A DNA stretch of 64,000 nt from Bacteroidales bacterium (GTDB lineage Bacteria; Bacteroidota; Bacteroidia; Bacteroidales; JAADJA01), in NCBI GenBank assembly GCA_016783885.1, contig JADHVR010000002.1:3628-67627 (forward strand). Reading direction: 5' to 3'. The notes beneath the pieces are model-generated. The model was not told where the DNA came from. It saw nothing but the letters and a program-made list of their open reading frames with translations, and did no database searches. Positions 8,927-16,823 of the stretch are shown in pieces. Numbering within the stretch: the first letter of the stretch is position 1; each line of letters starts with the position of its first letter. A program made the translations under genes and the position numbers.

Positions 8927-10690
8927 ATGAAAAAACTAACATTTACTTTTGTAATAGTAATTGCAGTGACAATAGCAGCCATTGCTCAACCCCCTCAAGC
9001 CTTCAAATACCAGGCAGTGGTCCGGGACAACTCAGGTGAAATTCTGCAAAACCAGGCAGTTGGAGTTCGTATAAGCATCCATGAAGGGTCTGCTATTGGT
9101 GAAATTTCATACCAGGAAACCTTTACTGAAACAACAAATCAATTTGGAATTGTAAACCTTGAAATCGGTAACGGGATACCAAGCTACGGCACATTTTCAA
9201 GCATCGACTGGAGCAACAACTTAAAATTCATCGAAACGGAAATTGATCCTCTAGGTGGAACAGCATATGTTTCAGTTGGAACTTCAGAATTATTAGCGGT
9301 TCCTTATGCCCTGTATTCTGATCGTTCAAAAGAATCAATTTGGGTAGAAGCCGATAGCAAAATCTATTATAAAGATGGTAATGTCGGGATTGGTACAAGC
9401 AGCCCGCAGGGAGAATTACATGTTAACAATCAGGGAGAATGGCTGGGAATTACATTCAACGGAACCGGCCTAAACGACCTTACCGTAGATCACAGCAACT
9501 ACAATGGATCCGGTACTACTCACTATATTGCCGAAGTAACGAATGCAGGCCCAAATCCAAACTTATTCAAATGGAGTAATGACAATGGTACTACATGGAC
9601 AGAGGACGTACAAATGGCAATTTCGGGAATTGATGTTGGATTTGAGGTTACAATAGGATTTGGGGCTGTGTATGGACACACTTATGGAGATCAATGGTTA
9701 TGGGAAGTTTCGTCAGGTTTTATGGATGGATTAATTGTGAAAGACGGAAATGTCGGTATTGGAACAACCCCTGTCAACGGAAAATTTTTCGTAAAGTCTG
9801 CAGGATATACCAATGGCATGTATGTATTAGCCGATGATAATGACCGGATTTTCAGGGTCAGGCAGCAGGCTGGTGGCGGCGGAGGAGTTTATGTATTTGA
9901 TGGTTCGGACAACCCAACTGCTGTGATGAATGGTGAAGGCGACAGCTGGTTTATAGGTGGTTATGTTGGGATAGGAACTACGAACCCGACGTACATGTTG
10001 GACGTAGGTGGGGGGCTTCGGGCAAGTGGCGGTGTATTAGTTGACGGGTGGTATAATTTTGGGATCGAGGTTCTCAATGCACATGATGAAGGTCTGTTTG
10101 TTTATGAATCCGATGATGATGGAGTCTATTCTAGTACTGAAGGTATTTTTTCGTATGGTTTTTACACACCAGATCGAACATACTCAGCCGGTGGCTATTT
10201 TCCTGCAAAGTCAGGGACATTTGCAAAGAATGATGGTCATGCTACATTAGAATCCGGAGACCTGGTTTGTATTTTAGGTGGATATGAAGAAAATGTGCTT
10301 GGAGAAGCAGGAGTTCATGTTGTTAATGTTACCAAAGCCAATGAAAAAAACTCACATTCAATATTCGGGGTTGTAGAAAGCCGGGTTTATATCCGGGAAA
10401 AAACAAAAGAGATGGAAGATGGTGAAACACTGGTAAGAAAAAGTTTTCGCTTTAAAGATGGAAATGTAATACCTGGCGATTATCTGTCTGTGATTATAGT
10501 TGGAATTGCTGATGTAAAAGTGGATAGAAAGGAAAATATTGAAGCCGGCCAGAAATTGACTGTATCGGAAATCGACGGAAAAGCCAGGCAAATCAAAAAT
10601 ACGGATAGCTGGACAGTTGGCATTCTTGGAAAAGCATTAGAAAATTCAGATGGCAGTGGAGCACTTAAAGTATTTGTGAATTGTAAATAA
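8927..10690 (+). CDS. Fibre-like secreted protein, paralog P3 (conserved N-module; tip class I variant)
   Basis: 587 aa. N-module nt 8927-9331. Shares the block GYTNGMYVLADDNDRIFRVRQ..GGVYVFDGSDNPTAV..GDSWF..GYVGIGTTNPTYMLDV with P1. C-terminus LESGDLVCILGG...GDYLSVIIVGIADVKV...NIEAGQKLTVSEIDGKARQ...VGILGKALENSDGSGALKVFVNCK parallels the P1 tip. Confidence 0.85.
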   Translation: MKKLTFTFVIVIAVTIAAIAQPPQAFKYQAVVRDNSGEILQNQAVGVRISIHEGSAIGEISYQETFTETTNQFGIVNLEIGNGIPSYGTFSSIDWSNNLKFIETEIDPLGGTAYVSVGTSELLAVPYALYSDRSKESIWVEADSKIYYKDGNVGIGTSSPQGELHVNNQGEWLGITFNGTGLNDLTVDHSNYNGSGTTHYIAEVTNAGPNPNLFKWSNDNGTTWTEDVQMAISGIDVGFEVTIGFGAVYGHTYGDQWLWEVSSGFMDGLIVKDGNVGIGTTPVNGKFFVKSAGYTNGMYVLADDNDRIFRVRQQAGGGGGVYVFDGSDNPTAVMNGEGDSWFIGGYVGIGTTNPTYMLDVGGGLRASGGVLVDGWYNFGIEVLNAHDEGLFVYESDDDGVYSSTEGIFSYGFYTPDRTYSAGGYFPAKSGTFAKNDGHATLESGDLVCILGGYEENVLGEAGVHVVNVTKANEKNSHSIFGVVESRVYIREKTKEMEDGETLVRKSFRFKDGNVIPGDYLSVIIVGIADVKVDRKENIEAGQKLTVSEIDGKARQIKNTDSWTVGILGKALENSDGSGALKVFVNCK

Positions 10691-10708
10691 CTCTAAACAC
10701 ATAAAAAT

Positions 10709-12082
10709 ATGAAAAAATTATTTTTAACTGTAACAGCTTTATTATGTGCGCTTATTTTGTATACCCAACCCCCACAAGCCTTCAAATACCAGGCAGTGGT
10801 GCGGGACAACTCAGGTGAAATTCTGCAAAACCAGGCAGTAGGTATCCGAATAAGCATTCATGATATTACATCGGGAGGAACCATTATTTATCAAGAAACT
10901 TTTAACGAAACAACAAACCAGTTTGGACTGGTGAATCTGGATATCGGGACTGGTGTTCCAACTATCGGGACATTTGCCAGTATCGACTGGTCTGCCAATT
11001 CAAAATTCATTGAAACAGAGGTCGATCCTTCCGGTGGGTCAACGTATGTTTCAGTAGGGATTTCAGAATTACAATCGGTTCCATATGCCCTTTACTCCGA
11101 CCGCTCGAAAGACGCACCATGGGAAAATTCGGGTAACGATATTTATTATGACAACGGTAATGTAGGTATTGGAACTTCTAGCCCGGTTTATAAACTGCAG
11201 GTGGCTGATCCTACCATAGGAGGTTATGTAGAATCCGGTGTCAGTACCGATGATGCTGCTGGTGCAATTGCTGCTTATTCAAGTACATTTCCTGCTCCTT
11301 TTACACATTTTGCCGGTAGAGTCAGTCTCTGGTCCAGTGCATTTACAGCAACAGGACTGGACCTCCGGGCAGATGGTAGTTCGAGTGATATTCGTTTCTA
11401 CTCGGGAGGATTATTTCCGGTAAATGAAAGAATGAGGATCACTTCGGCAGGTAATGTGGGTATTGGGATTACTTATCCCTCATCCAAATGTCACATTAGG
11501 CAAAGTAGTAATGAAATTCTTCGTCTGGAATCAGAATCTCTGAATGGTTGGACATCATTTTATAATTCAAATGGATATATTGGCTATATAGGTACATATA
11601 GTGGAGATTTTGATTTGGATGTCGGGACGGGTTCATCAAATATTAATGGAAAATTAAATTTGGTAATCAGGGGCATTCCAAGGATAATAATTAATGAGAT
11701 TGGCAATGTGGGTATCGGAACTGCTGACCTTGCTTCAGGGTATTTACTTTCAGTTGATGGTAAGGTTGCTTGTGAGGAGGTTTTGGTTGAATATTCAGGT
11801 TCCTGGCCTGATTATGTTTTTAAAGAAGGATACAATTTGCCAAAAATAGCTGAACTCGAAGATTACATTCAATCAACCGGGCATCTACCTGACATGCCTT
11901 CTGCAAGAGATGTGGAAGAAAATGGGTTCCAACTGGCTGATATGCAGAAACGCCTTTTGGTAAAAGTGGAAGAACTAACCCTGTATACCATTGAACAGGA
12001 TAAACTAATTAAGAAGTTGAGTCAGGAAATCGATCAGCTTAATAAAGAAGTTATCAGGATTAATTCAAAGGATATTCATTAA
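10709..12082 (+). CDS. Fibre-like secreted protein, paralog P4 (conserved N-module; tip class III, WPDYVF...HLPDMPSA + coiled coil)
   Basis: 457 aa. N-module nt 10709-11110. Shares the block SNEILRLESESLNGWTSFYNSNGYIGYIGTYSGDFDLDVGTG..GKLNLV with P1 and P2. C-terminus VACEEVLVEYSGSWPDYVFKEGYNLPKIAELEDYIQSTGHLPDMPSARDVEENGFQLADMQKRLLVKVEELTLYTIEQ. Confidence 0.85.
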   Translation: MKKLFLTVTALLCALILYTQPPQAFKYQAVVRDNSGEILQNQAVGIRISIHDITSGGTIIYQETFNETTNQFGLVNLDIGTGVPTIGTFASIDWSANSKFIETEVDPSGGSTYVSVGISELQSVPYALYSDRSKDAPWENSGNDIYYDNGNVGIGTSSPVYKLQVADPTIGGYVESGVSTDDAAGAIAAYSSTFPAPFTHFAGRVSLWSSAFTATGLDLRADGSSSDIRFYSGGLFPVNERMRITSAGNVGIGITYPSSKCHIRQSSNEILRLESESLNGWTSFYNSNGYIGYIGTYSGDFDLDVGTGSSNINGKLNLVIRGIPRIIINEIGNVGIGTADLASGYLLSVDGKVACEEVLVEYSGSWPDYVFKEGYNLPKIAELEDYIQSTGHLPDMPSARDVEENGFQLADMQKRLLVKVEELTLYTIEQDKLIKKLSQEIDQLNKEVIRINSKDIH

Positions 12083-12115
12083 ACCCGGTGTTTCTCACCA
12101 CAATATCTTATTGAT

Positions 12116-14671
12116 ATGAAAAAGATAATTATTTCACTGCTGATATTAATCACTTCATCCGGGTTTTTACTCCTGGGGCAGAAATCTTCTTATGATATTT
12201 GGCTTAATTCTGAAACCGATGATTTTGAAAGCATCCGGCAAAACACTGAAGCTTATTTCGAAGGAAAATACAAGGGAAGGGGATCAGGGTATAAACAATG
12301 GAAACGTTGGGAATATTTGAACGAACGCAGGCTTTCTCCCGACGGAAAGGTCACTAACCACACATTATTGAATTGGTTAGCCTATCAGGAATACCTTGAT
12401 CAAAATCCTCAATACAAAAAGCCTGACCCAACAGATGTAGCCAACGGGTTCTGGCAATTTCTTGCACCTACGAGTTACATAAATGGTAATGGTTGGAATC
12501 CCGGTATTGGAAGGGTCAATTGTATTGCTTTTCATCCAACCGATCCATATACATTTTATATAGGCACTCCTTCGGGTGGAATATGGAAAACCTCTGAAGA
12601 AGGTGCTAACTGGACGAGCCTTTGCAATGGAATTCCCAGTATTGGTGTTTCCGGTATTGTTGTGAATCCTGCAAATCCGGATATAATTTATATCCTCACA
12701 GGCGATGGTGATGGAGGTAACACCTTTTCCATTGGAGTCTTAAAATCAATTGATGGCGGGATCTCATGGTCTGCAACAGGCCTTACGTTTGATAAAGAGG
12801 ACAAAAAAGTAGGCTATAAACTAAAAATGCACCCCACAAATTATAATATATTGTTTGCTACAACAACTGATGGTACTTATAAAACTACCGACGCAGGTGT
12901 AACATGGACTGAAGTCCATAACTGGTTGTTTTATGATATTGAATTCAAACCCGGAAATCCGTCTATCATGTATGGTTCTACAGGTTGGGGATTTTTCAGA
13001 TCAACTGATACAGGTGACACATGGACTGAAGTTACCGCTGGAGTTCCGACCAATGCATGGCGAATAGAGATCGGTGTATCACCTAATAACCCCACTTCCG
13101 TATATTTAGTTTGCGGGCCGGCTTTTGGAGATTATACTTTTGTTGGTCTTTACCGTTCATACGATAACGGGCAAAGCTTTTCTCTTATATCCGATTCGCC
13201 CAATATCCTTGGCTATGAAACTGACGGTAACGACAGTCTCCACCAGACAATGTATGACCTGGCCATAACAGTTTCAAGGACTGATTATTCAAAAATTATG
13301 GTAGGGGGGATCAATACTTGGGTATCAGATGATTATGGCAGTAACTGGACCATCACCTCCCACTGGTATGATGATAATAATCCAATCGGTTATACACATG
13401 CAGATATTCATGCATTGGAAATAAATCCCCTCAACAACCATTTGTATTGTGGTAGTGATGGCGGTATTTATAAGTCAACCGATTTCGGAAATAACTGGAC
13501 CGATCTGACTCCGGGTATTTCTAACACTCAATTTTATCGCATTGCCGGTTATGAGCCCGATGAATACCTGATTATTGGCGGCACCCAGGATAATGGCTCC
13601 AATAAATGGACAGGAGGGACATACTTCAGACACATTTTAGGTGCCGATGGTATGGATTGTATGATTGATCATACTAATCCCGATATTATGTATTACTGTG
13701 CCCAGAATGGCGGTCTTCATAAATCATACAACGGGGGTATTAATGCAACGAACATTATACCTGATACAGCTGCAATAGGTTCATGGATAACCCCCATCAT
13801 TATGAATCCTGTAGATCCCTTAATTATCTATGGTGGTTATAATGATGTTTATAAAAGCTATGACGGAGGAGAAAACTGGGTTAACCTTGGCGTAGATGGA
13901 CGTGAGGCAATGGCAATTGGCACGGATAATCCCGACAGGGTTTATGCATCGGACGGATATGATTTCAATAGCTCTCATGATGGTGGATATACCTGGTTCA
14001 ATTACAATGATAATGGCTTACCCGCTAATAGAATCAGTTTTATAGCTGTTAATCCGAATAATTCAAAGGATGTATTTGTAACAATTGGCGGATTTAACGA
14101 TGGTAAGAAAGTGTATCGTTCTACTAGTAATGGAGAATCCTTTACAAATATCACAGGCTCCCTGCCGAATGTCATCGTAAACTGCATAGCTTACGAAAAT
14201 ACAGGAGCGGACCCTGATGGTGCCGTTTATATCGGAACGGATGTAGGTGTATTCTATCGTAACAATAGCCTGGGAGATTGGATCCCTTACTCAAACTGGT
14301 TGCCCACTGTACCTGTTTTCGATCTGGAAATCAACGAAGCCAATGATTTGATTACTGCAGGAACATTTGGCCGGGGATTGTGGAGATCACCAACATATTC
14401 TCCTTGTTACGTTTCACGGACCTTAGGAGGAACAGGCCTCATCGGCTATAGTTATTACCAGGCAGAAGATTGGATTAATTCTACAAGGATCTATAACCAG
14501 GGAATTGGTCAGGAAGGTTATTATAAAGCAGGCAATACCATTCGGCTTCAGCCTGGTTTTCATGTGACCAACGGATCAAAATTCAAGGCTTTCCTGGGTC
14601 CGTGTGGGGCAGGTATTCCTACTGACCCAGGAACGAAAAATACAGAATCTGATAAGAAGAACATAGAGTGA
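12116..14671 (+). CDS. BNR/Asp-box repeat beta-propeller protein (sortilin/VPS10- or GH74-like architecture), secreted
   Basis: 851 aa with a signal peptide. Many Asp-box-like motifs: KTSEEGANWT, KSIDGGISWS, KTTDAGVTWT, RSTDTGDTWT, RSYDNGQSFS, SDDYGSNWT, KSTDFGNNWT, KSYDGGENWV, SSHDGGYTWF, RSTSNGESFT. C-terminal tail ...KAGNTIRLQPGFHVTNGSKFKAFLGPC resembles a C-terminal motif common in Bacteroidota surface proteins. Confidence 0.8.
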   Translation: MKKIIISLLILITSSGFLLLGQKSSYDIWLNSETDDFESIRQNTEAYFEGKYKGRGSGYKQWKRWEYLNERRLSPDGKVTNHTLLNWLAYQEYLDQNPQYKKPDPTDVANGFWQFLAPTSYINGNGWNPGIGRVNCIAFHPTDPYTFYIGTPSGGIWKTSEEGANWTSLCNGIPSIGVSGIVVNPANPDIIYILTGDGDGGNTFSIGVLKSIDGGISWSATGLTFDKEDKKVGYKLKMHPTNYNILFATTTDGTYKTTDAGVTWTEVHNWLFYDIEFKPGNPSIMYGSTGWGFFRSTDTGDTWTEVTAGVPTNAWRIEIGVSPNNPTSVYLVCGPAFGDYTFVGLYRSYDNGQSFSLISDSPNILGYETDGNDSLHQTMYDLAITVSRTDYSKIMVGGINTWVSDDYGSNWTITSHWYDDNNPIGYTHADIHALEINPLNNHLYCGSDGGIYKSTDFGNNWTDLTPGISNTQFYRIAGYEPDEYLIIGGTQDNGSNKWTGGTYFRHILGADGMDCMIDHTNPDIMYYCAQNGGLHKSYNGGINATNIIPDTAAIGSWITPIIMNPVDPLIIYGGYNDVYKSYDGGENWVNLGVDGREAMAIGTDNPDRVYASDGYDFNSSHDGGYTWFNYNDNGLPANRISFIAVNPNNSKDVFVTIGGFNDGKKVYRSTSNGESFTNITGSLPNVIVNCIAYENTGADPDGAVYIGTDVGVFYRNNSLGDWIPYSNWLPTVPVFDLEINEANDLITAGTFGRGLWRSPTYSPCYVSRTLGGTGLIGYSYYQAEDWINSTRIYNQGIGQEGYYKAGNTIRLQPGFHVTNGSKFKAFLGPCGAGIPTDPGTKNTESDKKNIE

Positions 14672-14703
14672 TCATTATTTAAAATTCAATAAAAAACAAA
14701 GGT

Positions 14704-16794
14704 ATGAAACGAAACATTTTAATTTTACTAATCGTCCTTTGTGGAACAATGGCGGTAATGGCACAGCCCCCCCAAGCCTTCAAATACCAGGCAGTGGTGC
14801 GCGATAACTCAGGTGAAATCCTGCAAAACCACGCAGTAGGTGTCCGAATCAGCATCCATGATGTAACAGCAGGAGGAACTATTGCTTACCAGGAAACTTT
14901 TTCTGAAACAACCAATAATTTCGGATTGGTAAACCTGGAAATCGGAACAGGCACACCAACCATCGGAACATTCACAGGAATTGACTGGAGCAGTAATTCT
15001 AAATTCATCGAAACAGAAATCGATCCGGAAGGTGGAATAGCATATGTTTCAATGGGGACATCGGAATTGCTATCAGTACCTTTTGCTTTGTACTCCGATC
15101 GTTCAAAGGATGTTGTATGGGAAAAGTCAGGAAATGAAATTTTCTATAATGATGGCAAAGTTGGTATTGGAACCTCTGCTCCGGCCGGTTCACTTGATGT
15201 CAGAGGCTCCGGTACTGATGAAGGAGTTGTGATTAATCTCGGTAATTCCGATCTTTCTCATAAATTAACATTATTTGGAGGCAAGGAGACCGATCCAAAC
15301 CCATTTCTGATGTGGAAGGATGGCGATCCCTTCAGGTTTGTTACAGATGCAGCTGGTTTTTCAGAAAAGATGAGAATAACATCGGACGGCAATGTGGGTA
15401 TAGGTACAACAACCCCTGGAGCCATCCTTGAAGTGGCAGGACATATCTGGCAAACAGGAACAGGGATGTCTGTTTTTTTAGGTGAAGGTGCCGGTACTCT
15501 TGATGACCTATCTGACAATGAAAATATTTTTATCGGCTCTAATGCAGGAAGCGCTAATACTTCCGGTTGGCGTAACACCGCAATTGGAGCCTCTTCAATT
15601 CGTTATACCACTACTGGAAATCGCAATACTGCAATCGGCGCTTATTCACTTTGCACTAACACAACCGGAAACTTCAATAGTGCAATCGGATATAAATCCT
15701 TGTTCTCGAACACAGCAGGAAATTCCAATACGGGGACGGGTTACTTATCACTTAATTCTAACACATTAGGCTCTGGTAATACAGCACATGGTTATTTAGC
15801 GCTTTATTCAAACACAATTGGTATCTCTAACGTAGCCATTGGAAACAGTGCACTATTTCATAATACCAATAGAAGTAATCTGGTTGCAGTTGGTGATTCG
15901 GCACTCTTTAATAATGGTATTGGAGTAGTTTATACTTACGAGGCAAATCAAAACACTGCTATTGGTTCCAAAGCTCTTTTTTCCAACACAAGAGGGGTTC
16001 ATCAAACAGCGAGTGGGTTTGAATCGCTTTACTACAATACTACTGGAGAGTATAACACTGCACACGGCTCTAATTCGCTTTATTACAATACTGCGGGAGA
16101 CTATAATACAGCCACCGGGTTTCAATCACTTTACTCGAATACAACAGGAGAGTATAACGCAGCACACGGTGGTTCTGCGCTCATATCTAATACGACAGGA
16201 GACTACAATACTGCCTGTGGTTTTTGGTCGCTTCCCTATTTCACAATTGGAGATTTTAACACCGCAGTTGGATATTTTGCATCGGTTTCTGGAGGGATTT
16301 CTACCAGTAATTCAACTGGAATTGGCTATAATGCACAACCCCAATACACCAACAGAATTATGCTTGGAAATACTGCTATTACTTGGATAGGTGGTCATTC
16401 TTCATGGTACAATACATCAGATACCAGAGTAAAGAATAATGTTAAGGAAGATGTGCAAGGCCTGGATTTTATTTTGAAACTACGCCCTGTAACATACCAT
16501 TTTGATAAAGATAAAATGGATCAATTAATGGGTATGGTGGATGCAAGTGATTATGCTGAAAAATATGATAAAGAAAAAATAAAACAAAGCGGATTCCTGG
16601 CACAGGAAGTAGAACAGGCAGCTATAGATTCAGGATATGATTTTAGTGGGGTATGTAAACCCACAGATCATATTAAATATTATTCTTTGGCCTATGCTGA
16701 GTTTGTAGTTCCCTTGGTAAAGGCAATGCAGGAACAGCAAGTTCTTATTGAAGAACTAAAATCACGCATTGAAAAATTGGAAAGGAATAAATAA
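14704..16794 (+). CDS. Fibre-like secreted protein, paralog P5 (conserved N-module; long 17-residue NTA-x-G/NTTG repeat shaft; tip class II, S74 chaperone-type)
   Basis: 696 aa. N-module nt 14704-15108. About 13 copies of NTAIGxxSLxxNTTGxx (nt ~15574-16285). C-terminal TSDTRVKNNVKEDVQGLDFILKLRPVTYHFDKDK...SGFLAQEVEQAAIDSGYDFSGV...YYSLAYAEFVVPLVKAMQEQQ (nt 16417-16791) is nearly the same as in P2. Confidence 0.85.
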   Translation: MKRNILILLIVLCGTMAVMAQPPQAFKYQAVVRDNSGEILQNHAVGVRISIHDVTAGGTIAYQETFSETTNNFGLVNLEIGTGTPTIGTFTGIDWSSNSKFIETEIDPEGGIAYVSMGTSELLSVPFALYSDRSKDVVWEKSGNEIFYNDGKVGIGTSAPAGSLDVRGSGTDEGVVINLGNSDLSHKLTLFGGKETDPNPFLMWKDGDPFRFVTDAAGFSEKMRITSDGNVGIGTTTPGAILEVAGHIWQTGTGMSVFLGEGAGTLDDLSDNENIFIGSNAGSANTSGWRNTAIGASSIRYTTTGNRNTAIGAYSLCTNTTGNFNSAIGYKSLFSNTAGNSNTGTGYLSLNSNTLGSGNTAHGYLALYSNTIGISNVAIGNSALFHNTNRSNLVAVGDSALFNNGIGVVYTYEANQNTAIGSKALFSNTRGVHQTASGFESLYYNTTGEYNTAHGSNSLYYNTAGDYNTATGFQSLYSNTTGEYNAAHGGSALISNTTGDYNTACGFWSLPYFTIGDFNTAVGYFASVSGGISTSNSTGIGYNAQPQYTNRIMLGNTAITWIGGHSSWYNTSDTRVKNNVKEDVQGLDFILKLRPVTYHFDKDKMDQLMGMVDASDYAEKYDKEKIKQSGFLAQEVEQAAIDSGYDFSGVCKPTDHIKYYSLAYAEFVVPLVKAMQEQQVLIEELKSRIEKLERNK

Positions 16795-16823
16795 ATTGAA
16801 TTAGAAATATAAAAAATAATAAT

